Notes: generated from the sequence alone by a model not told the origin. DNA of 64,000 nt from Eledone cirrhosa (GCA_964016885.1 CAXHJY010001713.1:13647-77646), one strand, 5' to 3'; positions 49,081 to 63,559 are shown, numbered from the stretch's first letter. Translations and numbers: made by a program.

Positions 49081-49436
49081 ATATTTATTAAAATAACAGA
49101 TTAAAATTTAAGCAAAGAATCGCTGCTTTCACCCTTAACGGGATCTTCTGAAACTTTTTTCCCGTCCTTTGCCAGGGAACGTTTCCATGAACCAAAGTAT
49201 CGACTTCCTGTCTTCCTCCGGTTGCAACGTTTTTTGAAATATCCACTTCAGAGTTTACAGATTGACTTTGTTAGTTTCAGAAGATCCCGTTAAGGGTGAA
49301 AGCAGCGATTCTTTGCTTAAACTTTAATCTGTTATTTTAATAAATATTTGCTCTACGGTTCTTATGTATTTGATATATATTTATCCTTATCGAGCCCTCT
49401 TTGGATTTTAGTCTTCAAATTTATTATTATTACTAT
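49081..49436 (+). mobile_element. HHR element family B, most complete copy; HHR 49257-49332 with inverted arm 49081-49155
   Basis: 75-bp arms (1 mismatch) around a 117-bp spacer, then 3' region ending in ttattattattacta at (TA)n. Confidence 0.85.
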
Positions 49437-50712
49437 ACATATATATATATATACATACATATATATATACATATATACATATATATACATATATACATAT
49501 ATATATACATATATATATACATATATACATATATATATACATATATACATATATATATACATATATATATACATATATACATATATATACATATATACAT
49601 ATATATATACATATATATATACATATATACATATATATATACATACATATATATATACATATATATATGCATATATATACATATATATATACATATATAT
49701 ATACATATATATATGCATATATATATGCATATATATATGCATATATATACATATATATATACATATATATACATATATATACATATATATACATATATAT
49801 ATGCATATATATACATATATATACATATATATACATATATATACATATATATATACATATATATACATATATATATACATATATATATACATATATATAC
49901 ATATATATATACATATATATATACATATATATATACATATATATATACATATATATATACATATATATATACATACATATATATATACATATATATATAC
50001 ATACATATATATATACATATATATATACATACATATATATATACATATATACATATATATATACATATATATATACATATATATATACATATATATATAC
50101 ATATATATATACATATATATATACATATATATATACATATATATATACATATATATATACATATATATATACATATACATATATATATACATATACATAT
50201 ACATATACATATATATATACATATATATATACATATATATATACATATATATATACATATACATATATATATACATATACATATATATATATATATACAT
50301 ATATATACATATATATATACATATATATACATATATATATACATATATATACATATATATACACATATATATATACATATATATACACATATATATACAC
50401 ATATATATACACATATATATACACATATATATATACATATATATATACATATATATATACATATATATATACATATATATATACATATATATATACATAT
50501 ATATACATATATATATACATATATATACATATATATACATATATATACATATATACATACATATATATATACATATATATACATATATATACATATATGT
50601 ATATATATACATATATATACATATATATATACATATATATACATATATATACATATATACACATATATACACATATATACATATACATATATACATATAT
50701 ATATATACATAT
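49437..50712. repeat. Long (TA)n/TACA compound microsatellite
   Basis: Visible directly. Confidence 0.95.
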
Positions 50713-51716
50713 TGTATTTGACGAAAGTCGATCGACAAAAATAAATATAAATATATATATATATATATATATCACCAATCGATCGACCTTCGTCCAATCG
50801 GACCGAGGAAACAATGTTTCCATTGGTCTTTACAATTGCTAATACTACCTACTATCAGTCGCAATTCCGGGTAGAAGGAGCAACGTGAAAGAAAGTTTCT
50901 TACTCGCGGACATTACGTATCACCCGCTCTGGGAATCGAACTCACAACTTCACGATTGCGAATCCAATTCTCTAACCACTCAGTCATGCAAAGACAGCGG
51001 AAAAAGGATGAAACATAGGACAGTCCCTTCTCATCAGGCAACCGCTGGAGGTCCTCGTGGTTGTATATATATAATACATATAATATGTATAATATATATT
51101 ATATATATAATATATATTATATACAACGTAGCCCTTTCACACACATCATCCTCCTCCTCTAGTTAGAGAATATTGTTAACATGATAAAACATGAGCCGGC
51201 TGACCAACTGGGTGTTGATATGTTTCCGGGTGTGCACAGTGAATATCTATGAGATGTGACAATTGACAGTTGCTCGGGTGTACATAACATGCTCACTCAA
51301 CAGAGCAACAAACCATCTGCTTTACGTGTATGTCTCACCGCCATCTTGCACCTGGTCTACAATATAACTGTGACACCCCTGCACAAAATTATCACCTCAC
51401 ACCCACCCAGACCACCACCACTACCTTTATCCACTTCATTTGTGACACTCATATATTTCATTTCCACCACTACCACCACAACTACCACAATACCACCACC
51501 ACCACAATTTCCTTTACCAAAACAGTCATCACCCTTTCCTATATATAAATCTTTTATTCTATTCATAGAAGCTTGTTTCTCCTAGTATGTATCTCCTCGA
51601 TGTTTTACATACAACCATAAACAAGATATACCTGTAAGTGTATAGTTTATATGACTTCAAACATATATACGCGTGTATATCTGACATATATATGTAGAGA
51701 AATATACATAAACTCA

Positions 51717-51781
<65 letters not shown>

Positions 51782-52717
51782 AATCACACGCACACATGCG
51801 TTTTTAATCATATGACTCAAAACATACAATAGAAATTATATATTTATTTAAAATCGAAATTTCATGAATAAAACCGATGCAAGTCTGTTTAACAGCCGTG
51901 ACATATTTCAGATTTTAATACATTTGGGTAACCTGAAGAATTATCCAAAAGTAATATGACTGAATATCTAAGTTTATAAACCTAAAATATCTTCTAGTCT
52001 CAGAACAAAATCAATTAGAGATTCATTCTGTAAATAAAGAATTATAAATAAATATTCTGGAAATAAAGCCTTCGATTTGCTATAAATTTGTAGGGAATAC
52101 TTCCAGATTCATGTAAGTGCACGTGGGTATTCTGGTCGATAGATCAACATAAGAGATTTACATTCTGATTAATATTACATATTCTTGATTTACCGATATC
52201 GTAGCCATGTCCTATTTTAGATTTGGTAGCATTTCATGGAAGCTAGTTATTGCAATTTTTACAAAGTTCAATGGTTTCAAATATCGACTCAATAACTGCT
52301 CTCTTTTTCATTTCATATATAAGTCGTATACAGCAGTAAATTGGATTATTGCACCTAAATCTTCCCCAATTTAAATCCCACCTTCTTACAAAAGGGAAAG
52401 GCATATTGGGTAATATACTTCAAGATATATATTGTCTAAAAAAAAAGGTGGCTGACTCCATCTGCCAAGTCTTTAATCAGTGCTGAACTCGAGAATAAAC
52501 AATAACAATAATTTTACCATTGTTTAAAGTAAATAAAAATGTTTACATAAGTTTATAAAGTTTGAATTTTAGTTTGGTTTTTGATTGGTTATTGTTCGTG
52601 TTTAGTCTTCATCACCTCAGCCCCGATGAAGCAGATCTAACACTAAGGTTTAATCCAATTATGAATGTCTCATCGTTTCCCAGATCCAGTGGACCCATAA
52701 TCACAATTACCTAAGTA

Positions 52718-53147
52718 GTAAGAAACTCTCAGGAGAGCTGGAAAGCAGAAGGTCTTCAGAGAAGAAACTCCCAGGAGAGCTTAACATCAAAAGGTCTTCA
52801 GAGAAGAAACTCCCAGGAGAGCTGGACAGCAGCAGGTCTTCAGAGAAGAAACTTTCGGGAGAGCTGGACAGCAGAAGATCTTCAGAGAAGAAACTCTCAG
52901 GAGAGCTGAACAGCAGAAGGTCTTAAGAGAAGAAACTCTCAGGAGAGCTGGACAGCAGCAGGTCTTCAGAGAAGAAACATTCGGGAGAGCTGGACAGCAG
53001 AAGGTCTTAAGAGAAGAAACTCTCAGGAGAACTGGACAGCAGCAGGTCTTCAGAGAAGAAACATTCGGGAGAGCTGGACAGCAGAAGGTCTTAAGAGAAG
53101 AAACTCTCAGGAGAGCTGAACAGCAGAAGATCTTCAGAGAAGAAACC
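52718..53147. repeat. 42-bp minisatellite, ~10 units
   Basis: Unit agaagaaactctcaggagagctggacagcagaaggtcttcag. Confidence 0.95.
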
Positions 53148-54053
53148 CCTTCAAGAGAGTGTTTCGGCTCTTAACTCTCTTTTAAAGACGTTGATTTGAG
53201 AGATATCGAACGCAGCATAGATGTTTTTTTTTTGTATATAAGGTTTAGTTAGGAAGGGCGGTTCATTGCCCATGGCACTGTAAGATGTAAGATATCGTAC
53301 AGAAGTAGGCGTGAAGGTTTAGCATACTTAAAACAATAACAACAACAACAGCAAAAAACAAAGCACTCTGAGACGCCATCCACCGGATTTAAAATAGTTA
53401 AGTTAGTGTTAGCAAGTTAATGTAACTTAGGGACATATATTTCAACACTATCCTTATAATCATTTCTTAAATCTGTAAATATATTTAACAAATAGAATGG
53501 AATCTATATCTTATTAAGGCTTGATTAATTCAGCATTATCTTTCTGTTTAAAAACTGAAATAACACATTCACTAGTATTACCAAGACGTTCATTCATAAT
53601 CCACACTTGAAGATCTAATTACGCCCCCTTTTTTTAAGATTTTATATTTAATTTTTGCTTTATTTTTACCACGGGAGAATACTCTCATATTTTCAAGGAT
53701 TATCTTGCCAAACATCCTCCAAATGACGTCATACAACCTATGTTTAAAAGGTATTTGAAATTTGCAATTTGTTTTTCATTTTTACCTTGTGTTAAATAGT
53801 TATTTAATTCACAGAAAACAATTAGCAAAATCAGGAACTTGAGGCAGAGTATGATTACAAGTTCGCTGCTCAGTGTCTTTTGTGTAAAACACTCACAAAT
53901 ATACAATTTTCTATATCCTATACCTCTCCTTTATAGATATAATCCTTTGTTCCACTTCGTATGCAGATGTTATCCTTTTTCAGAAGGTTTTTTTTATAGT
54001 TGTTACTATCTCACGCCTACATTATATTCCATTATATTGTACGCCACACACAC

Positions 54054-54089
<36 letters not shown>

Positions 54090-54242
54090 GTGTGTGTGGC
54101 GTACAATATATATATATATATATATATATAAATATATAAACGAACAATGATAATATCTGACAATGTCCTATGTGGCGAAACAGTATTAACCTCTATTTGT
54201 ATTATTTGTTGTACATATTTTGCTATTATATATATATATATA

Positions 54243-54342
54243 GTGTCCCCACCAAAATGTATACATAATTCAACACCATTCTAATAAATATCGTCTGCAC
54301 AGATAATCAAAGTGTGTATACATTTTTGGGGGGGACATCCTG
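54243..54342. mobile_element. Tiny Tc1/mariner-like MITE
   Basis: TIRs gtgtccccaccaaaatgtataca / tgtatacatttttggggggacatcctg followed by TA. Confidence 0.7.
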
Positions 54343-54360
54343 TATACATATATATATATA

Positions 54361-54490
54361 TAACAAAGGAAATGTGGTAAGGAACCAGATGGACCATAAC
54401 GCACCAGAGTACTCAATACTTAGGGTAGTAGAGTGGGAAATAGGAAAAAGTATGACCCCGACGGCAGAGCTCAAGCCGTTTCGACGGCTA
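54361..54490 (-). mobile_element. HHR element family A
   Basis: Reverse-complement homolog of 55037-55165. Confidence 0.8.
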
Positions 54491-54608
54491 TGATATATGT
54501 AAATCACTCATTTACATATGCATATTCTGACAGTTGAAATATTATTTATTAGAAACAGAAATCACACTGTGAACTACGGTAAAAAATCTGTACAATTTGA
54601 CAAGGTAT

Positions 54609-54667
<59 letters not shown>

Positions 54668-54960
54668 CATATATATATATATTAGTAATTTGCATATTGC
54701 AACGGGTGTGCACTAGATTGACTCGGTAGAGATTGCTTGAAACTCATCCAATCGAATGAAACAACTGTACACATGTTGCAGTCAGTAATTTATTAACACG
54801 CACACATACAGGGTGTACACACGCACACACACACGCAGGCATGTACACACACACACACACACACAGGCATGCACACACACACACACCAACGCATCCACCC
54901 ACATACATATTTGCGTTCGCACACAAAATCACTTATTTACACACATATATATATATATAT

Positions 54961-55165
54961 ATAGGAACGAGTAGGACCCCGACGGTTGAGCTCAAGCCGT
55001 TTCGACGGCTAATTCTGGACTGAATGAGTCCAGAATTAGCCGTCGAAACGGCTTGAGCTCAGCCGTCGGGGTCCTACTCGTTCCTATTACCCACTCTACT
55101 ACCCTAAGTATTGAGTACTTTGGTGCGTTATGGTCCACCTGGTTCCTTACCACATTTCCTTCGTT
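54961..55165 (+). mobile_element. HHR element family A, fold-back copy
   Basis: 61-bp arms (54961-55021 / 55027-55087, 1 mismatch); right arm has GAAA-cggct tgagctc agccg-TC (HHR stem III plus GUC site). Confidence 0.8.
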
Positions 55166-55185
55166 ATATATATATATATATATAT

Positions 55186-55696
55186 ATAAGAGAGTATTGA
55201 AGTTTGCTTGAAGCATTGTGGAACAATAAGTAAATATCTTTAGGTCGTTTGGAAGCCTCGACAATGCAAATGGGTAAATCTCCGGGTAACAAGGTCCGGT
55301 GGTGGAGAGAGAGATGTAATTGGGTGTACGTTGAGAAGCGTGGTGTGTATAAGATGTGTGAGATGTGTAGAATGAGGGAAGAGTATAAAGGTTAAAATAA
55401 AAATAACAACACAAGAGAGAGTGTTGTTTTGATTTCGCTGTTTGTTGTTTTGATATTCAAAACAACAAACAGCGAAAGACGCGTTCCGGGCTTGTCCGAC
55501 AGACAAGCTTTTTCCCCCACCCCGGAAAAAAACCCCAGTTGATGGATGTGAATCCGAAATATATAGGGACTATTAAATCTCTCCCAAGGTAACTCTCTCT
55601 TGTGTTGTTATTTTTATTTTAACCTTTATACTCTTCCCTCATTCTACACATCTCACACATCTTATACACACCACGCTTCTCAACGTACACCCAATT

Positions 55697-55700
<4 letters not shown>
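55186..55700. mobile_element. Family E element: ~108-bp inverted arms enclosing hairpins and a degenerate minimal HHR (55533-55568)
   Basis: Arms ~55315-55422 / 55592-55699; ccc-CAGTTGA-t-ggat gtga atcc-GAAA-tata-TA-ggg. Confidence 0.7.
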
Positions 55701-55743
<43 letters not shown>

Positions 55744-55774
55744 ATTAGAAAGTGAACAACACAATATATAACTA

Positions 55775-55842
55775 CTCCATTACCAAAGGTTTCAGGACTC
55801 TAGACAATATTAACATACGTCTAGTTCGTTCATCAGACAGAG
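55775..55842 (-). ncRNA. Predicted type I HHR with canonical core, in element 55741-55932 with 24-bp inverted arms
   Basis: Minus strand ctctgt-CTGATGA-acgaa ctagac..gtctag agtcct-GAAA-cc ttt gg-TA-atggag. Confidence 0.7.
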
Positions 55843-55930
55843 AGGTTGTGTTGTTCACTTTCTAATTAAAAAGCTCTGTTCTATACATAGAGCACTCTTT
55901 TTTCCTTTGCTTTTTCTTCGGAAATAATTT

Positions 55931-55967
<37 letters not shown>

Positions 55968-56047
55968 ACTATTATGTGTTCCAGTCGATAGACTGAGGCC
56001 ATGCTGGGGCACAGCCATTAGCTATAAATATATATATTCATAAAGAT

Positions 56048-56162
56048 ATGTAAAAAACCCGACCGCGGCGCCAAGCGCTTTCGGTCTGTGTTCAGCAGGA
56101 CCTTTCTGAACACACAGGCCAAAACTCCAAAACCGCTGGCGCCGCGGTCGGGTTTTTACATA
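56048..56162. repeat. GC-rich inverted repeat, possible HHR-element remnant
   Basis: Arms atgtaaaaaacccgaccgcggcgcca / tggcgccgcggtcgggtttttacat; minus strand GAAA-gcgc-TT. Confidence 0.7.
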
Positions 56163-56271
56163 TCTCTATACTCATATATAATAATATTGTTTCGTATAAT
56201 TTTCCAGAAAGCCGAAACCATCGCAAAACAATACATTGATAAAGATTAATATATTTTTCAATATTTCTCTC

Positions 56272-57180
56272 TGTAGTAGTAGTAGTAGTAGTAGTAGCAG
56301 TAGTAGTAATAGTAGTAATAGCAGTAGTGGTAATAGTAGTAATAGCAGTAGTAGTAATAGCAGTAGTAGTAATAGTAGTAGTAGTAATAATAGTAGCAGT
56401 AGTAATAGTAGCGGTAGCAGTGGTAGGAATAGTAATAGTAGTAATAGTCGTAGTAGTAATAGTAGTAGTAGTGGTTGTAGTGGTTGTAGTAGTAGTAGTT
56501 GTTGTTGTTATGTCGTTATCATCATCGACTCAATCAACAAAATTATAAAAAAAACAACAAAGGAGTCTATACCAGCTGAATGGCACACGTAAATAACGAC
56601 GACTAGAAAACAGACCGAGTATGTTGAACAACAACAACAGCAACAACAACAACAATAAAATAACGACAACAATAGCTACAATAACAGCAATACCAGCAGC
56701 ATAAACATCATAATAAAACAACAGCAGCTACAATAACAACAGCTACAACAACAACTACAATAACAACAACAATACCAACAGCATAAACATCATAAAAAAC
56801 AACAGTAGTTACAATAACAACAGCTACAACAACAACAACAGCTACAATAACAACAACAATACCAGTAGCATAAACATCATAAAAAACAATAGAACAATAC
56901 CTACAACAACAACAGCACCAGGAAGAACAAAAGCAATTACAACAACAACAGTACCTGTAACAACAACAACAACAACAGTACCAGAAGCATAAACATTAAC
57001 AAAAACAAGAACAGAAACATTAACAACAACAACAGAAAAATAATAACTATCACAACAACAACAAGAGCAGATACAATAACAACACACACAGCTAGATCAA
57101 CAACAACAATAACGACAACAACAACAACAGCAGCAACAACAACAGCAACAGTAACAATCGAAGCAAGCAACAAACAGCAT
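56272..57180. repeat. (AGT)n and (AAC)n-rich low-complexity tracts
   Basis: Visible directly. Confidence 0.9.
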
Positions 57181-58143
57181 CAAAACTATTATATATATAT
57201 ATATATAAGAAAACTAAAAACTATCCATATTGTTTGAGATGATGTTTTTTTTTTTTTAAACATCCCGGGTAAAACGATGATGAAGACAATTTAAGGGGTG
57301 CTGGTCTGGTCAGACAGTAATTGTAAAAATCGGCACGTGGTGGCGTCGGTGTATTTAATAAGAGGGTGAACTACTGGAAGAAGAAGAAGAAGCAGAAGAA
57401 GTAAAAAAAAAAACAGCAGTCTGTTGCGACTGGCTTGTCTTAGAATCATGGAACAAAAGAATTTCTGCTCCCGTAAATGCATGGATGTGATCTGATAAGA
57501 CAGTTTTTTCGTCTATGACTCTTTTGTATTTACAATTACATGTTCGCAATATTGTCGCTACTGCTGCTGTTGTTTTTTATTTTATATTTTATATTTTATA
57601 TTTTTTATTTTTTATTTTATATTTTTTTCCTTTTTCTTAAGTTTCTCTTATATTTTATTTATTTAGTTTTCACTCCCCATCATCATCACCACCATCATCA
57701 CCGTTCTTGCTCTACCACATCCTCTTCATCCCTCTCTCCTCTCATCTCTTCGTTCTCATTCTCTCTCCCAACCAAACTAAAGTTCTATCGCTCATTTTCT
57801 CCAATACATTGCATAAACCTCCCCCCTCTCTCTCGCTTTCTTTCTATATTTCCTTAGAGACGAATTAGTCAATGATGGAATAATTTGTAATGTGGGGCTC
57901 GGCCAGCTAAAATTTCCTTCAAATTGCAAACACCACCATCTTAAAAATAATATTGTGATGTCCAAATGTTATGTATCAAATTAAGTCGGGATGGTCACGA
58001 CTAGAACAGCTTAGATGAAATCTCCTCGAGGGGTTCTGGCTTCTTTTTTTAAATGTTTTATATTCTCAATTTATAATCCCCATTATACCTAAGAAATATA
58101 GGAGATGGTCTTGGATTAACATCTGAATCGTCCAGCAGCCTAT

Positions 58144-58329
58144 AATAATTCTTCCTACTTTTGGCACAAGGCCAGCAATTTCCCAGTGCATTACTGGTAC
58201 TTTATTTTATCGACCCCGTAAGGATGAAAGGCAAAGTTAACCTCGGCGGTATTTGAACTCAGATCATAAAGGGAGGTAACTCTATACGCCAAAGAATGGC
58301 GTCAGACCCTCTACCGATACTGCCATTCC
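58144..58329 (-). mobile_element. SINE family 1
   Basis: Full copy on minus strand. Confidence 0.95.
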
Positions 58330-58349
58330 TCGGCTTTCTTTATTGCATT

Positions 58350-58537
58350 TGGATTGGCAGTATCGGTAGAAGGTCGGACGCCATGCTTTGACGTATAGAG
58401 TTACGGCCCTTGCCATTCTGAGTTCAAATCCCGCCGAGGTCCACTTTGCCTTTCATCCTTACGGGGTCGATAAAATAAAGTACCAGTAATGCACTGGGTA
58501 ATTGTTGGCCTTGTTCCAAAAGTAGAAACAATTATTA
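58350..58537 (+). mobile_element. SINE family 1
   Basis: Full copy followed by (AAT)n. Confidence 0.95.
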
Positions 58538-59069
58538 ATACAATAATAATAATAATAATAATATGTGTGTGTGTGTGTGTCTGAATGTGTGTGTGTGAAT
58601 GTGTGTGTGTGTGTAACCATATTTATCTATACCTGTACATGTGTGTATTTATGTATATATGTATATATCTAGGTTTATAACGGTTTTGTCATCTCTATGC
58701 ATGTGTGTCACCATATGAAAACTAGTATGTATACAGTTACACGTGTGTGTGTGTGCGTGTGCGTGAATAATTACGAAGGCAGGATGCTAGGTTTTCATAT
58801 TTTATTTAACTATATACTATGTTGCACAATTCAGCGCATGTAAGCTGGTCATATATACAATTATATATAAATATATATATATATACATATATATATGTAT
58901 GCATATATATATGTATGTATATATATATATATAAGTATGTATATATATATGTATGTATATATATATATATGTATGTATATATGTATGTATATATATATAT
59001 TATTATTATTATTATTGTTATTAATGTATATCTGTGTATGTATATATATGTGTGTGTATATATGTATAT

Positions 59070-59109
<40 letters not shown>

Positions 59110-59275
59110 CTTTTTTTTATTTTATTTTATTTTTTATTTATTAATTAATATTTTTTTTTCCTCCTCGTGCAATGGCCATACTCTATAACGAGGGGGCAGC
59201 CATCATCATCATATATATATATATATATATTTATGTATATATGTATGTATGTATGTATATATGTATGTATGTATG

Positions 59276-59309
<34 letters not shown>

Positions 59310-59398
59310 TGTGTATACATATGTATGTATGTATATATATATATATGTATGTATGTATATACAAACATATATACATACATATATATACATACATGTAA

Positions 59399-59435
<37 letters not shown>

Positions 59436-59476
59436 CATATATACATACATATATACATACATACATATATATATAC

Positions 59477-59513
<37 letters not shown>

Positions 59514-59898
59514 TATATTATATATATATATATGCATATATTCGCGTACGTATGTGTATATGCATGTCTGCATGTATAAGGATGTACACACGTGTATATG
59601 TGTGTCAATATATATTAATATTCATATATGTCTTTGTATGTGTATTCAATATGGCTGCAAAACATTTAACAACGCCCCTAAAGCCCACAATAGCTAAAAC
59701 ATACACAATAATATTCATCAGGACTGACTAATAAATTTAAACCAATTTGGACAATGAACAAATCCAAATACCTATTGAAATTATTCTTAGAGTATATATA
59801 TATATAAATACACACACACACATTATATATATATATATATATATATATACAAACACACACACACATACCCAAATACACTCAGGCACAAACAACACACG

Positions 59899-59940
<42 letters not shown>

Positions 59941-60019
59941 CACTCAGACACGCAAACAACATGTGTGTATATTTATACAAGTGATTATAATGGAGTTTTT
60001 CATTATTACTATTGGTAAG

Positions 60020-60628
60020 ATTATATATATATATATTATATATATATATGTATATTATATATAAATATATATATATTATATATAAATATATATATTATAT
60101 AAATATATATATTATATATAAATATATATATTATATATAAATATATATATTATATATAAATATATATATTATATATAAATATATATATTATATATATATA
60201 AATATATTATATATATATATATTAGATATATAAATAATTATATATATATATATTAGATATATAAATATATTATATATATATATATATTAGATATATATAT
60301 ATATTAGATATATATATATATTAGATATATATATATATTATATATATAAATATATTAGATATATAAATATATTAGATATATATATATATCAGATATATAA
60401 ATATATATATATAATATATATAATATATATATATAATATATTATATATATATATATTATATATATATATTATTATAATATATATATATAATAGATAATAT
60501 GATATATATATATATTAGATATATATATATATTAGATATATAAATATTATATAAATATATATATTATATATAAATATATTATATATAAATATATATATTA
60601 TATATATATATATATTAGATATATATAA

Positions 60629-60660
<32 letters not shown>

Positions 60661-61219
60661 AATATATTATATATATCTATATATAATATATTTATATATA
60701 ATATATTTATATATAATATATATATATCTAATATATATATATATAATATATATATATAATTTATATATATATAATATATATATCTAATATATATATATAT
60801 ATCTAATATATATATAATATATGTCCTGCATCTCCAACAGACCAGTGTCTGTCCTTAGGGCATCAACACACGTTAACCTTGGTCTTCCTCTTCTAGTGTG
60901 TCCATGTAGGGGCTCCCAAAGGAGTACTGAGTGCAATGTCAACTCTGGATGTCGGTGAGCATGTCCAGCTAACCTCAGTCTCCTCTGTGTCACTTTTGAG
61001 CTGACTTATATATATATATATATATTATATATATTATATATATATATTATATATATATATATATTATATATATTATATATATATTATATATATATATATT
61101 ATATATATATTATATATATTATATATATATTATATATATATATATATATTATATATATATATATATATTATATATATATATATTATATATATATATATAT
61201 ATTATATATATATATATAT

Positions 61220-61250
<31 letters not shown>

Positions 61251-61258
61251 ATATATAT

Positions 61259-61290
<32 letters not shown>

Positions 61291-61851
61291 TATATATATT
61301 ATATATATATATTATATATATATATATATTATATATATATATATATTATATATATATATATATTATATATATATATATATATTATATATATATATATATT
61401 ATATATATTATATATATATATATATATATTATATATATTATATATATTATATATATATATTATATATATATATATATTATATATATTATATATATATTAT
61501 ATATATATATATATATATTATATATATTATATATATTATATATATATATTATATATATATATATATATATTATATATATTATATATATATTATATATATA
61601 TATTATATATATATATATATAATATATATTATATATTATATATTATATATATATATATATCTATATATATTATATCTATATATATTATATCTATATATAT
61701 TATATATATATATATATATTATATCTATATATATTATATCTATATATATTATATCTATATATATTATATATATATATATATATTATATATATATATATTA
61801 TATATATATATATTATATATATATATATTATATATATATATATTATATATA

Positions 61852-61894
<43 letters not shown>

Positions 61895-61984
61895 ATATTA
61901 TATATATATATTATATATATATATATTATATATATATATATTATATATATATATATTATATATATATATATTATATATATATAT

Positions 61985-62018
<34 letters not shown>

Positions 62019-62184
62019 ATTATATATATATATATATTATATATATATATATTATATATATATATTATATATATATATATATTATATATATTATATATAT
62101 TATATATATATATTATATATATATATATATTATATATATTATATATATATATTATATATATATATTATATATATATACTATATA

Positions 62185-62234
<50 letters not shown>

Positions 62235-62315
62235 CATATATTATATATAATATATATTATATATATATATTATATACATATATTATATATAATATATAAT
62301 ATATATATATATTAT

Positions 62316-62358
<43 letters not shown>

Positions 62359-62520
62359 CATATATTATATATAATATATAATATATATATATTATATATA
62401 TATATAATATATATATATTATATATATATATAATATATATATATTATATATATATAATATATATATATATATATTATATATATATAATATATATATATAT
62501 ATATTATATATATATAATAT

Positions 62521-62562
<42 letters not shown>

Positions 62563-63197
62563 AATATATATATATATATATTATATATTATATATATATA
62601 ATATATATATATATATATTATATATATATAATATATATATATATTATATATATATATTATATATATATAATATATAATATATATATATATTATATATATA
62701 TATTATATATATAATATATATATATTATATATATATAATATATAATATATATATATTATATATATATAATATATAATATATATATATAATATATATATAT
62801 TATATATATATAATATATAATATATATATATTATATATATATAATATATAATATATATATATTATATATATATATTATATATATATAATATATATATATT
62901 ATATATATATAATATATATATAATATATATATATTATATATATATTATTATATATATATTATATATATATATATATATTATATATATATAATATATATAT
63001 ATTATATATATATATTATATATATATTATATATATATAATATATATATATATATTATATATATATTATATATATATATATATATTATATATATATAATAT
63101 ATATATATTATATATATATATATTATATATATATTATATATATATATTATATATATATATATTATATATATATTATATATATATATTATATATATAT

Positions 63198-63228
<31 letters not shown>

Positions 63229-63484
63229 ATATATATATATTATATATATATATTATATATATATTATATATATATATTATATATATATATAATATATATA
63301 TTATATATATATATAATATATATATATTATATATATATATTATATATATATATTATATATATATATTATATATATATATTATATATATATTATATATATA
63401 TAATATATATATATTATATATATATAATATATATATAATATATATATAATATATATAATATATATAATATATATAATATATATA

Positions 63485-63559
<75 letters not shown>

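Noticed and set aside
46256-50842. Very long YI/IY-rich ORFs (up to 934 aa)
   Set aside because: Translations of TA/TACA microsatellites that lack stop codons
52718-53147. 42-bp repeat as a 14-aa protein repeat
   Set aside because: Stop codons occur in all three plus-strand frames among units; no supporting ORF in the track
57291-57549. Short minus-strand ORFs in relatively complex sequence, possible exon or UTR
   Set aside because: No recognisable motif or convincing splice structure; cannot be supported without expression data
59700-59725. Minus-strand CTGATGA (also near 51032 and 16834)
   Set aside because: No GAAA or stem III at suitable spacing
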